From: an uncultured Erysipelotrichaceae bacterium
Lineage (GTDB): Bacteria; Bacillota_I; Bacilli_A; RF39; UBA660
Direction of reading: 5' to 3'
NCBI GenBank assembly: GCA_902780395.1
Contig: CACZFH010000008.1
Location: 20,278-84,277, forward strand
Length of the DNA: 64,000 bases
Part shown: piece by piece, positions 22,312 to 32,938 of the stretch
Layout of the letters: every line of letters starts with the position of its first letter
How positions within the stretch are numbered: the first letter of the stretch is position 1
The notes under the pieces: model-generated
Database searches by the model: none
Told to the model about the DNA's origin: nothing
Seen by the model: the letters and a program-made list of their open reading frames with translations, nothing else
Made by a program: the position numbers and the translations under genes

Positions 22312-24343
22312 ACTTTGCTAAAGTAATTGAAACAGTACTACAAGAATCAGTATTACCACCATTAAAGCCACTTAAGAATAATCCTGAACGTTTTCCAGAA
22401 GTATCATCTCCTGAAATATTAACTTTAATTCCCGGACATTGACTCTTAATTTCAGCCGTTAAAGCATTTGCAACAGCTTGATATCCACCATCAAAATTAG
22501 TAGAAATAATACCTTTTATACCTGTAATAGTACATGGTTTACAACTAGGAGTATCATCATTATTAGTAACAGGATTAGTACTTTCATTATTATTGTTGTT
22601 TTTGTTATTATTGCTATTACTATTACTATTACTATTATTAGAAGTATTATCATTTCTTGTTTCTTGTTTTTTACCATTACTTAAAGTTACTGTAACAGTA
22701 GTTCCACTAGATATTTCACTGCCTGCTCTAATAGATTGGGATAAAACCACATCTTTATCTTCACTACTATTACGATAGACAAAACTATATTTTAAACCAG
22801 CTTTTTCAAGCTTAGAAATAGCTTCTTTTTTAGCAAGACCAATAACATTAGGAACCGTTTTTTTCATACCATCACTTATAGTAACAGTAATAGTATCGTC
22901 ATTATGAATAGCATCTCCTGTTTTATAAGAATAGGAAATAATCTCTCCAGCAGGAACACTATCACTAAATTCATGAACTTCTTCATAAGGAATATTATAC
23001 TTACCAGCCCATTCAATAAATTCTTGATAAGATTCTAATTTAGGCATTTTTAAACTTCCTTTAGAAAGAACAATCGTAACAACACTACCTTGTTCTATAA
23101 TATCACCTTTTGCATAATTAGCTTTAATAATATGGTTTTCTTTAACTGTATCATCATATTGATCTTCAAAAGTAATTTTAACTTTATTCTTAATAGCCCA
23201 TTCAGCAATCTTTGTCATTGTATAATCTGAAAAATCTGGTATTTTAATTTCTGGCCCCTTACTAATCGTAACAACTACTTCTTCATCATGAATTTTAACC
23301 TTTTCACCAGCTTTTATGTTTTGAGAAATAGCCAATCCTTTTTTTATTTTCTTGTGAAAATCTCTTTCTATTTTATAATTCAATTGATGTTGTTTCATAT
23401 AAAACTCTACTTCAAATTGACTTTTTTTAGTAAAATCAATTAAACTAACTTCTTCAAATCCTAATTCTTCTCCATAAGAAAAAGTAAGTTTTAATTCATC
23501 ATCTCTTTTAAAAGTACCAGTAGAGCTTTGAGAAATAACAGTATCTTGAGCTTTTTCACTCTCAACAAATTCAACAATGACATTACTTAGATAATTCTTT
23601 TTAACAAATTCTATAACAGCATCTCCATCCCATCCAATCATACTAGGAACCATAATTTCCTTAGATGGATTAGGACCATCACTGATAGAAATAGTAATTT
23701 CCTTAACCTCTTTTAACGGAGTACCTGAATTAATATCTTGACTAATAACTATATATTCTGGAATCATATCACTATATTCATATTCTTGAGTAACAGATAT
23801 TTTATTTTTATCAGCCCAATTTAATACCTCAGTAATACTTTTACCACTAAAGTTAGGAGTAGCTTTAACACTTACTTTAAAATTAGAAGTAGTATCTTTC
23901 ATTCCAAGTATAAATACTCCCAATAGTAAAATAGAACTAATAAATATTAAAGATTTATTGTTTCTTCTATATGTAATAGCAACCACCGTAAATAGTATTG
24001 TAAAAATAGTAATAAATAAGTTTTGTACTAATGAAATAATAGAAGTATTTTGATTTACTAAATGAAAACCAAAAGATATAAAAGAAGCAATACAAACAAA
24101 TAATAAAAAGCAATGAACAAAAACATGAGAAACTTTCTTTTCCTTCTTTTCTTGACTAATTCCTAAATCTTCATCCATTAATTCTTTTAACTCTTGAGTA
24201 TCAATAATAGATACAGATGTAGTATCTGATTTAAATTCTTTTTCTTCAATCTCTTCTTCTTTTTCCACAACCTTAACAGGTTCTTTCTTAGTAGTTGTAT
24301 TTTTCTTCTTACTAGTAGAATTCTTTTTCTTTTTCTCGCTCAT
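22310..24343 (-). CDS. Multi-PASTA membrane protein (about six PASTA repeats, three TM helices, no kinase or PBP domain)
   Basis: Repeats such as VPSMIG, IPDFS, VPNVIG ending in ..IS.G; Asn/Ser linker; start ATG 24343 after ggaggtg. Confidence 0.85.
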   Translation of the reverse strand: MSEKKKKNSTSKKKNTTTKKEPVKVVEKEEEIEEKEFKSDTTSVSIIDTQELKELMDEDLGISQEKKEKKVSHVFVHCFLLFVCIASFISFGFHLVNQNTSIISLVQNLFITIFTILFTVVAITYRRNNKSLIFISSILLLGVFILGMKDTTSNFKVSVKATPNFSGKSITEVLNWADKNKISVTQEYEYSDMIPEYIVISQDINSGTPLKEVKEITISISDGPNPSKEIMVPSMIGWDGDAVIEFVKKNYLSNVIVEFVESEKAQDTVISQSSTGTFKRDDELKLTFSYGEELGFEEVSLIDFTKKSQFEVEFYMKQHQLNYKIERDFHKKIKKGLAISQNIKAGEKVKIHDEEVVVTISKGPEIKIPDFSDYTMTKIAEWAIKNKVKITFEDQYDDTVKENHIIKANYAKGDIIEQGSVVTIVLSKGSLKMPKLESYQEFIEWAGKYNIPYEEVHEFSDSVPAGEIISYSYKTGDAIHNDDTITVTISDGMKKTVPNVIGLAKKEAISKLEKAGLKYSFVYRNSSEDKDVVLSQSIRAGSEISSGTTVTVTLSNGKKQETRNDNTSNNSNSNSNSNNNKNNNNNESTNPVTNNDDTPSCKPCTITGIKGIISTNFDGGYQAVANALTAEIKSQCPGIKVNISGDDTSGKRSGLFLSGFNGGNTDSCSTVSITLAK
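22560..22652 (-). repeat. Low-complexity AAT/AGT-rich tract encoding an Asn/Ser linker
   Basis: (ttacta)n/(tta)n on the + strand; protein NNSNSNSNSNNNKNNNNNE. Confidence 0.8.
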
Positions 24344-24495
24344 ACAACACCTCCATACTATATTAATTATATAATAAAGATACAAAAAGAAAAAGAATTA
24401 CCATCATTGGATTGTAAAGAATTGTCTATTATAGAAATAAAATAATATCTATGATATAATTTTCCTAGATTAATGAATAAGAAATGGAGAATGCT

Positions 24496-26796
24496 ATGGA
24501 AAAATTTTGGCAAAGAAATATTAATCTATTGTTAGGACTTTTTTTATTGCTAGGTCCTATATTAGATGCTTTAACTGGAATGAATGTTCATTACTTTCAT
24601 TTTAATGTAACAATTGGTATTATGGTTCGCATCTTATTCTTAATAAGCATCATGATAATTGTCTTATTTGTCTTTAAGAAAAAGAAAGTGATTATACCTT
24701 ATCTTATTATAGGAATATATGGATTATTCTATATCATAGGAATGATTCAATTTAAGGGAAAAATTGGAATATTTGAAGAAATACAAGGACTTTTTAAATC
24801 ATTTTATTATCCAATTCTTTTAACTAGTCTCTATGCTATTAAAGAGGAAGTACATATTAGTAAACTAACTTTATTCACAACTTTGTTTTTATATTTAATA
24901 TTTATATTTGTTCCCTTATTATTAGGAATAGGTTATAAAACCTATGAAATTACTAAAGCAGGAACTTTAGGTTTTTATAATTCAGCAAATGAAATAGGAG
25001 GTATTATTGCTATATTAACTCCTATATTATGTATCATTATTCATAGTTCAAAAAAATGGCTTCCTAAAATAGCCTTTCTAATAATGTATTTAGTAGTAAT
25101 TCTAATGATGGGAACCAAAACTCCATTATTATCACTAGGAATAACACTATTTGTAAGCTTTATTTATTTCATAATAATAGATATAAAAACAAAAAGGTAT
25201 AAAAGAATCCTAATTTCATTTTTAATCGTCATAGTAGGAGTACTAGGAATACTTTCAATTCTTCCTAGAACCAATTTTTATAAGAATATAGAAACTCATC
25301 TAGATTATCTAAGAGTAGAAAAAATAACCGATATTTTAGAAAAAGAAGAATTAGTTGATCATTTTATTTTTAGTCAAAGATTAACTTTTTTCCATAATAA
25401 AGCTCTTCTATATTATAATGCTAATAATTATCAAAAATTATTTGGAATAGGCTATACACGTAGAGGAAAATCTATTAAAATGATTGAAATGGATTATTTT
25501 GATATCTTCTATAGTCATGGCATAATAGGTTTTTTAATTTTCATGATTATAACATTTAGAATTATTTATAAAATATTAGAGCAAGAAGATACTTTATCTT
25601 ATGAAAGATGCATGCTAGCTGTTAGTTTATTTTTAATATTAATTACCTCTTTATTAACAGGTCACATTATCATAGCTCCATCAGTAAGTTATATAGTTAT
25701 AATAATAATATTATCTTTAAATAAGAAAGATAAAAAAGAATTATTTTTTGCTAGTAACACCCTAGAAATTGGAGGAATAGAAACAGCTCTTGTAAATTTA
25801 TTAAATAGAATAGATGATTCTAAATATAACATTACTCTTGTCTTAGAAGAACAAAAAGGAGCTTTACTAGATCGTTTAAATAAAAACATAATAGTTAAAG
25901 AACTAAAAGTAAGTAATAATAAGAATTTTATCTTAAGAAAAATTATCAATGCCTCAAGAAAACTATGGTTTAAAATTATGAATTATGAAAACTATGATTA
26001 TAGTTGCTGCTACGCAACTTATAGCTATAGTAGTAATGTCTTGGCCAAAATAGCCAGTACAAATAATTCAATTTATGTTCATAGTGATTATAAAAAATTA
26101 TATAAGAATGAAGAAGATTTTAAAGAATTCTTTGATAGTAGAAAAGTCCAAGATTTTAATAAAATAATATTTGTATCAAATGAATCTAAAAATTCATTTA
26201 TAAAAAGTTATAAAGATTTACAAGAAAAATGCCTTGTCATTAATAATTTTGTAGATATTTCAATGATTAAAGAAAAAAGCCAAGAAAAAGTTAAGACAAA
26301 AAGACAAAAAGGCAAGACATTATTTGTCTTCGTTGGTAGATTAGATGACTCATCAAAAAAATTAAAAAGGGCAATGAATTTAGTAAAGGAATTAAATATT
26401 GAATTATGGATTATTGGAGATGGACCTGATAGAGCCATGTACGAAGAATACCAAAAAGAATTAAAATTAGAGAAAGATATAACCTTCTTTGGTATGAAGA
26501 AAAATCCATATCCATATATGAGGCAAGCTGATTATATAATCCTTACTTCGGATTATGAAGGCTTCCCAGTAATCTATTTAGAAGCCTTAATCTTAGAAAA
26601 ACAAATTATCACAACCATACCTACTAGTGATGATGAAATAGATATGAAAGATTATGCTTTTATCATATCAAAAGAAAACAATAAAAAAGAAGTAGAGAAA
26701 ATCATTCGAAGTAAAAATAAAAAGAAAACTATTAACATGGAAATAGTGTATCAAAATAGAATGAAAAAATTAGAAACTCTATTTAATAATGAATAG
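24496..26796 (+). CDS. O-antigen ligase/polymerase-like membrane domain fused to a GT4 glycosyltransferase
   Basis: About 11-12 TM helices with GFYNSANE, GTKT, IEMDYFDIF, GH motifs; then GGIETAL, FVGRL, SDYEGFPVIYLEA. Confidence 0.8.
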   Translation: MEKFWQRNINLLLGLFLLLGPILDALTGMNVHYFHFNVTIGIMVRILFLISIMIIVLFVFKKKKVIIPYLIIGIYGLFYIIGMIQFKGKIGIFEEIQGLFKSFYYPILLTSLYAIKEEVHISKLTLFTTLFLYLIFIFVPLLLGIGYKTYEITKAGTLGFYNSANEIGGIIAILTPILCIIIHSSKKWLPKIAFLIMYLVVILMMGTKTPLLSLGITLFVSFIYFIIIDIKTKRYKRILISFLIVIVGVLGILSILPRTNFYKNIETHLDYLRVEKITDILEKEELVDHFIFSQRLTFFHNKALLYYNANNYQKLFGIGYTRRGKSIKMIEMDYFDIFYSHGIIGFLIFMIITFRIIYKILEQEDTLSYERCMLAVSLFLILITSLLTGHIIIAPSVSYIVIIIILSLNKKDKKELFFASNTLEIGGIETALVNLLNRIDDSKYNITLVLEEQKGALLDRLNKNIIVKELKVSNNKNFILRKIINASRKLWFKIMNYENYDYSCCYATYSYSSNVLAKIASTNNSIYVHSDYKKLYKNEEDFKEFFDSRKVQDFNKIIFVSNESKNSFIKSYKDLQEKCLVINNFVDISMIKEKSQEKVKTKRQKGKTLFVFVGRLDDSSKKLKRAMNLVKELNIELWIIGDGPDRAMYEEYQKELKLEKDITFFGMKKNPYPYMRQADYIILTSDYEGFPVIYLEALILEKQIITTIPTSDDEIDMKDYAFIISKENNKKEVEKIIRSKNKKKTINMEIVYQNRMKKLETLFNNE

Positions 26797-26812
26797 ATAG
26801 GAGATTAGATAT

Positions 26813-27733
26813 ATGCCTAAGTTTAGTATTATTATTCCTGTATATAACGTTGAAAAATACATAGGTAAATGCTTAGATAGTGTTATGAATCAAACATACC
26901 AGGATTATGAAGTAATTGTGGTAAATGATGGAACCAAAGATAGTAGTATGAATATAGTTAATAATTATGATGTAAAAGTAATTAATCAAAAAAATCAAGG
27001 ATTAAGTGCCGCTAGAAATACAGGAGTAAAAGAAGCCAAAGGGGAATATATTTTATTCCTAGATAGTGATGACTCCATTGAAAAAGACTTATTAAAAGAA
27101 CTAAATAAATCATTAAAGAATAATCCAGATCTTGTAAGATTCCAAGTACAAGAAGAATTTGAAGACTCAACAGAAAAAAAAGAATATCCTGAAAAAGCTT
27201 TTACAAACAAAACAGGTGTAGAAGCCTTCTCTTTAATATGTAATTATCACTTTGTAGAAAATGCTTGGTGTTATTTATATAAAACAGAGTATTTTAAAAA
27301 GAATCATTTCTCTTTTAAAAATGGTACCATTCATGAAGATTATGGCTTAACTCCACTAGTAATAATTAAAGCTAGTAAAGTTAATTCAATTAGTTATATT
27401 GGCTATAACTATCTCCAAAGACCAAATAGTATTATGAGTCAAAATAATTACGAGAAAACTAAGAAAAAAGTAAATGATTTTTATAATCATTATCAATTTT
27501 TAATTAAAGAAATCAATCAGACTAAATTAGATTCAACACTATTTAAAAGCTTTATAGCAAACAGCTTAATATTAAAGATCTGTGAATTAAAAGGAAAAGA
27601 CTATAAAGCATACAAAAAGAAATTAAAAGAAGATAAAGTCTTTGATAATCTTTTAACAGATTCCCTAACCCACAGAATAAAAAAACTATGTATGATAATA
27701 AGCCCTAAACTAGCAAAACTATTAATCCAATAA
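26813..27733 (+). CDS. Glycosyltransferase family 2
   Basis: SIIIPVYNVE, VNDG, NQGLSAARN, FLDSDD, HED. Confidence 0.92.
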   Translation: MPKFSIIIPVYNVEKYIGKCLDSVMNQTYQDYEVIVVNDGTKDSSMNIVNNYDVKVINQKNQGLSAARNTGVKEAKGEYILFLDSDDSIEKDLLKELNKSLKNNPDLVRFQVQEEFEDSTEKKEYPEKAFTNKTGVEAFSLICNYHFVENAWCYLYKTEYFKKNHFSFKNGTIHEDYGLTPLVIIKASKVNSISYIGYNYLQRPNSIMSQNNYEKTKKKVNDFYNHYQFLIKEINQTKLDSTLFKSFIANSLILKICELKGKDYKAYKKKLKEDKVFDNLLTDSLTHRIKKLCMIISPKLAKLLIQ

Positions 27734-27790
27734 TCCTTAAGTTGCACAAAACACCAAGATAGCTTATAATTTGTATGAGAGGAGGAATCT

Positions 27791-28753
27791 ATGAAAAAGA
27801 ATCCCGATATTAGCATTATCGTTCCTATTTACAATACTGGAACGTACATTAGAAAATGCTTAGACTCTCTAGTTTCCCAGCAAAAAAAAGAATTAGAGTT
27901 TCTACTAATCAATGATGGTTCAACAGATAATTCCGAGGAAATCATAAAGGAGTATAAAGATAAGAGAATTAAATATTATAAAAATAAGAATCAAGGTATT
28001 GGTAAAACTAGGAATTTTGCAATCGAACAAGCTACTGGTAAGTATATTATGTTTGTTGATAGTGATGACTATATTGCCAAAGATGCTTGTGAAAAAATGT
28101 ATGATAGATGTGAAAAAGATGATTTAGATGTAGGTGTTTGTGATTTTTATCGAGATTTTTCCAATGGTATAATAATAGAAGAAAAACTAGAAGACTTTGA
28201 AAATACTAACCTAAAAGACAATCCTCATTTGTTAAATATTATTAATCTATCTCCTTGGAATAAGATTTATAAAAGAGATTTATTAGTAAATAATAAGATT
28301 CAATTTATAGAAAATTTAAAGTATGAAGATGCACCTTTTGTAATAGAAGCTTTATTTAAAGCATCTAAGATTGGTAAAATCAACGAAAGTTTGAATTATT
28401 ATAGTATAAGAAATAATAGTGAAACAACTGTAAGAGATAAAAAATGTTTTGATATTCTAAAAGTGATTGACATGATTAGGAATAAATTAAAAAAAGAAGA
28501 AATATTAAAACGAGAATTAAATATTTTAACAGTAAGAATACTGACAAATTATACAATTCAACAAAGAGTTCAAAAAGACAAGCAAATTGCTATTGATTTT
28601 ATAAATGAATCATTTCAATATTTAAAAAAAGAAGTGCCTGATTATAAAAAGAATAAATATTATCCAAACAGACCATTTTTAAAAAGAACGGTAGAGAAGA
28701 ATAAGACATTAACAATACTATATTGTAAGTTATATTGGTTATTTAAAAATTAG
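27791..28753 (+). CDS. Glycosyltransferase family 2
   Basis: SIIVPIYN, INDGSTD, FVDSDD, YED. Confidence 0.92.
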   Translation: MKKNPDISIIVPIYNTGTYIRKCLDSLVSQQKKELEFLLINDGSTDNSEEIIKEYKDKRIKYYKNKNQGIGKTRNFAIEQATGKYIMFVDSDDYIAKDACEKMYDRCEKDDLDVGVCDFYRDFSNGIIIEEKLEDFENTNLKDNPHLLNIINLSPWNKIYKRDLLVNNKIQFIENLKYEDAPFVIEALFKASKIGKINESLNYYSIRNNSETTVRDKKCFDILKVIDMIRNKLKKEEILKRELNILTVRILTNYTIQQRVQKDKQIAIDFINESFQYLKKEVPDYKKNKYYPNRPFLKRTVEKNKTLTILYCKLYWLFKN

Positions 28754-28844
28754 ACTTTAATTAGTCTTTTTTTTGTCCAATCTTATCTTAGCTCTTGGAA
28801 ATTATTAAAAATTAGATTAAAATAAGATAGAAGAGGGTAAAAAA

Positions 28845-30563
28845 ATGAAAACAAGAAAATTAATTTTTAACTTATTAGTAATGCTTCTTTTTCTTTTTGT
28901 AATAGATACTTTTGCAGAAGAGAAAAATGGTTTAATTGAAGAAAATGGTAAGATATATTATTATATAGATGGCATAAAGCAAGATGGGTTTCAAACAATA
29001 GATGGGAATACTTACTTCTTTGGAAGGATAAATGATAATCCAATGCGTACTGGGACTATTCAAATAGATGGCTACACCTATCACTTTAATGAAGATGGAA
29101 AAATGCATAAAGGCTTTTTAACAGAAAATAATACTACTTATTATTTTGATGAAAAAGGAAAACGAGTAAGTGGTTTCCAAAAAATAGAAGCTGATACCTA
29201 CTTCTTTGGCAGACTAAATGATAATCCAATGCGAACAGGAACATTATATATCGACGGCTATTACTATCATTTTAATGAAGATGGAAAAATGCATAAAGGC
29301 TTTTTAACAGAAAATACTACTACTTATTATTTTGATGAAAAAGGAAAAAGAGTGAGTGGTTTCCAAAAAATAGAAGATGATACCTACTTCTTTGGCAGAT
29401 TAAATGATAATCCAATGCGTACTGGGACTATTCAAATAGATGGCTACACTTATCATTTTAATGAAGATGGAAAAATGCATAAAGGCTTTTTAACAGAAAA
29501 TACTACTACTTATTATTTTGATGAAAAAGGAAAAAGAGTTAGTGGTTTCCAAAAAATAGGAGATGATACCTACTTCTTTGGCAGACTAAATGATAATCCA
29601 ATGCGAACAGGCACATTATATATTAATGGCTACACTTATCACTTTAATGAAGATGGAAAAATGCATAAAGGCTTATTAACAGAAAATAATACTACTTACT
29701 ATTTTGATGAAAAAGGAAAAAGAGTAAGTGGTTTTCAAAAAATAGGAGATGATACTTATTTCTTTGGAAGACTAAATGATAATCCAATGCGTACCGGTTT
29801 ACTATATATTGATGGCTATTACTATCTTTTCAAAGATGATGGAAAAATGCTAACCGGCTGGAATGAAGAAGAACAAGGTAAGGCTTATTATGATAGTGAA
29901 GGTAAGAAAACATTTGGTGTCAAGATAATAGATGGCAAATACTATGCCTTTAGTAAAAAAGGATATCAATTTACTGAAACGACAACAGAAGGAAATAAAA
30001 AGTACTACATAACAGAAACTGGTGAATTAGAAAAAGTAGTAACAACTATACCAACTTATTACAACCAAAAAGATTCAAGATGGGCAAATATAAAATATGG
30101 AGCAAAGAAATTTGGACCAACAGGTTGTGCTCCTACTAGTATGGCTATGGCCTTTGAATCAATACTAGATAAAAAAGTATTGCCAACTACAATAGCTGAC
30201 TATCTATATTACAAAACAAAAGAATATAATAGAAAAGCAGCCGGCTCAAGTGGTTTAGCAATTATTAAAGCTTCTAATAATTATAATGTTAAATATGAAG
30301 GAATAAATAGTGAAAAAGAATTAATAGAAAGATTAAAAGAAGGAAAAATCGTTTTTGCAGCAATGGGAAATGGAAAATTTGGAACAGAAAGATGGAATCA
30401 TGCTATAATAGTAGTGAATTTAAATGATTCAGGTGAAACATATGCTTATGATCCATTAGAAAAGTCTAATAATGGCTGGATTTCTCCTTCAAGAATCTGG
30501 CAAGAAAAAAGTAAGGATCCTGATGATAAGTTAGGAGGAGCATTCTTATACGCTCTTTCATAG
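28845..30563 (+). CDS. Secreted cell-wall-binding-repeat protein with C-terminal C39-like cysteine peptidase
   Basis: Signal peptide; YYF..G.M..G repeats; YYNQKDSRW..GCAPTSMAM..H(AII)..DP. Confidence 0.85.
   Translation: MKTRKLIFNLLVMLLFLFVIDTFAEEKNGLIEENGKIYYYIDGIKQDGFQTIDGNTYFFGRINDNPMRTGTIQIDGYTYHFNEDGKMHKGFLTENNTTYYFDEKGKRVSGFQKIEADTYFFGRLNDNPMRTGTLYIDGYYYHFNEDGKMHKGFLTENTTTYYFDEKGKRVSGFQKIEDDTYFFGRLNDNPMRTGTIQIDGYTYHFNEDGKMHKGFLTENTTTYYFDEKGKRVSGFQKIGDDTYFFGRLNDNPMRTGTLYINGYTYHFNEDGKMHKGLLTENNTTYYFDEKGKRVSGFQKIGDDTYFFGRLNDNPMRTGLLYIDGYYYLFKDDGKMLTGWNEEEQGKAYYDSEGKKTFGVKIIDGKYYAFSKKGYQFTETTTEGNKKYYITETGELEKVVTTIPTYYNQKDSRWANIKYGAKKFGPTGCAPTSMAMAFESILDKKVLPTTIADYLYYKTKEYNRKAAGSSGLAIIKASNNYNVKYEGINSEKELIERLKEGKIVFAAMGNGKFGTERWNHAIIVVNLNDSGETYAYDPLEKSNNGWISPSRIWQEKSKDPDDKLGGAFLYALS
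28986..29860 (+). repeat. Tandem 186-bp (62-aa) repeat, about 4.7 copies
   Basis: Units start at 28986, 29172, 29358, 29544, 29730 (GFQ..YFFGR.NDNPMRTG..). Confidence 0.95.
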
Positions 30564-30702
30564 GAGGTGTAAAATGAAAAAAAGGTCACTTCAAGTATTA
30601 ATTTTAGCCTTTTTATTATCACCAATAACTGCTTTAGCAGCTCCTCAAATAGTAACTCAAGATGGAAAATCATATTGTTACGATAATGGAGTTAAACTTA
30701 AA

Positions 30703-31450
30703 GGTTTTCAAGTAGTAGATGGTGATACATACTTTTTTGGTAGAATAGGCGATAATCCAATGCGAACAGGAACATTATATATCGACGGCTATTACTATCA
30801 TTTTAATGCTGATGGAAAAATGCATAAAGGCTTATTAACAGAGAATAATAATACTTATTATTTTAATGAAGAAGGAAAAAGAGTGGGAGGTTTTCAAAAA
30901 ATTGGATCAGATACCTATTTCTTTGGAAGATGTAATGATAATCCAATGCGTACTGGTACTATTCAAATAGATGGTTACACCTATCACTTTAATAGTGATG
31001 GAAAAATGCATAAAGGCTTATTAACAGAAAATAATAAAACCTATTATTTTGATAATAATGGAAAAAGAGTAGGAGGTTTCCAAAAAGTAGGATCAGATAC
31101 CTATTTCTTTGGCAGACTAGATGACCATAGGAGGTTTCCAAAAAGTAGGATCAGATACCTATTTCTTTGGCAGACTAGATGACCATCCAATGCGAACAGG
31201 AACTATTCAAATAGATGGTTACACTTATCACTTTAATAGTGATGGAAAAATGCATAAAGGTTTATTAACAGAAAATAATAAAACCTATTATTTTGATAAT
31301 AATGGAAAAAGAGTAGGAGGTTTCCAAAAAGTAGGAGAAGATACTTATTTCTTTGGCAGACTAGATGACCATCCAATGCGAACAGGAACCATTCAAATAG
31401 ATGGTTACACTTATCACTTTAATAGTGATGGAAAAATGCATAAAGGCTGG
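30703..31450 (+). repeat. Same 186-bp repeat family in the second hydrolase
   Basis: Units start at 30703, 30889, 31075 (truncated), 31133, 31319. Confidence 0.92.
31070..31185 (+). repeat. Perfect 58-bp tandem duplication causing the frameshift
   Basis: taggaggtttcc...ctagatgacca at 31070-31127 and 31128-31185. Confidence 0.97.
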
Positions 31451-32829
31451 TATGAAGAAAATAAGAATAAGTATTATTATCAAGAAGATGGAAAAAGAGC
31501 CACCAAGATTATAGAAATAGATGGTCTTAAATATTATTTCAATGAAAGCGGCAACAATGAAATGCGCACCGGTGAAATAAAAGTAGATAATAAGTATTAT
31601 TTATTTCAAGAAGATGGACCGATGTATACAGGAATATACACCAAAGATGGCAAAGAATATTATTATGATGAAATAACTGGAGAACGTCGTACCGGAATAG
31701 TAAAAATAAATGATAAATACTATTTTTATAACAAAAATGGTATTAAAGAATATGGTTTTCAAAAATATAATAATCAAACCTATTTTTTTGGTAGATTAGA
31801 TGACCATCCAATGAGAACAGGCTTCTTATATATAGATGACTATTATTATTATTTTAAGGATACTGGTGAAATGGTAACCGGTTTTTACCAAACACCAGAT
31901 GGGATTAAAAGATTTTTTGGTAGATTAAATGGTCAAATGCGAACAGGCTGGGTAAATATAGATGGTAATATGTACTATTTTGATCTTGAAACAGGAGAAA
32001 TGGCAACTGGTGCTAAAACAATTGAAGAAGTTAATTACATATTTAATGAAAATGGTAAATTAAAAGATGGTTTTGTAACAGATACGGCTGGGAATATTAG
32101 ATATTATTTCCCAGATGGAAGTTATGCAAATGACTGGGTAACGATAGCCGGAGTAAAATATTTCTTTAATTCCTTAGGAATCATGGTTGCCAAAAATGCT
32201 AAAAAAGTAATAGATGTATCTTATCATAATAAGGATATTGATTGGCATACTGTCAGTACTTTAGGCGGAGTTGATGCCGCTATGATAAGAGTTGCATATC
32301 GAGGCTACGGAACAGGAGCTTTAGTAAATGATACTTTATATGAGTCAAACATTTCCGGAGCAACCTCTCAAGGATTACCAGTAGGAGTTTATGTTTATTC
32401 TCAAGCCATTACCATAGCTGAAGCTATAGAAGAAGCTGATAGAGCCATAAATATAGTTAATAACTTAGGTGGAAAAGGAAAAGTAACTCTACCAATTGTA
32501 ATAGATACTGAGTACACAGATGCTTGGGAAAATGGTCAAAGAGCTGGAAGAGCTGATTACTTATCAGTAAAACAAAGAACGGATATTGTGCTAGCTTTTA
32601 TTGAAAGAGTTAAACAAGCTGGCTATGAACCAATGATATATGCTAGTAAGAATTTCTTTATCAATAATCTTGATATGAGTAGGCTTGGAAATTACAAACT
32701 ATGGATAGCCCAATATAACCATTATTGTACCTATACTGGAAATGGAGAAAAATTAATGTGGCAATACAGTTCAACAGAAACAATTCCAGGAATTAGTACT
32801 TATGTTGATGTAAGTGTTATGTTTTAAAG

Positions 32830-32856
32830 AATAAATAGAGAAATCTATTTATTTTT
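32830..32856 (+). terminator. Intrinsic terminator
   Basis: aataaataga-gaaa-tctatttatt plus T-tract. Confidence 0.65.
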
Positions 32857-32859
32857 AAT

Positions 32860-32888
32860 TTTACAAACAATAAAATTTTATATATAAT
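32860..32888 (+). promoter_or_regulatory. Sigma-A promoter
   Basis: TTTACA-17bp-TATAAT. Confidence 0.6.
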
Positions 32889-32938
32889 TATGGTAGAATT
32901 ATGTAGAGAAATCTTATATATGGATTGAGGGGATTCTG

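Larger units (their letters stand above)
30574..32827 (+). pseudogene. Cell-wall-binding-repeat GH25 muramidase, frameshifted as assembled (ORFs 30574..31182 and 31121..32827)
   Basis: Signal peptide in the first ORF; GH25 motifs IDVSYHN, GVYVYSQA, VIDTE, LWIAQY, MWQYSS, VDVS in the second; removing the 58-bp duplication restores a 731-aa ORF. Confidence 0.85.

Noticed and set aside
31121-31182. Programmed ribosomal frameshift joining the two GH25 ORFs
   Set aside because: The overlap is fully explained by the 58-bp duplication
28986-31450. 186-bp repeats as a CRISPR array or DGR template/variable pair
   Set aside because: They are in-frame coding repeats without unique spacers; differences are not adenine-specific; no cas or reverse transcriptase gene in the window
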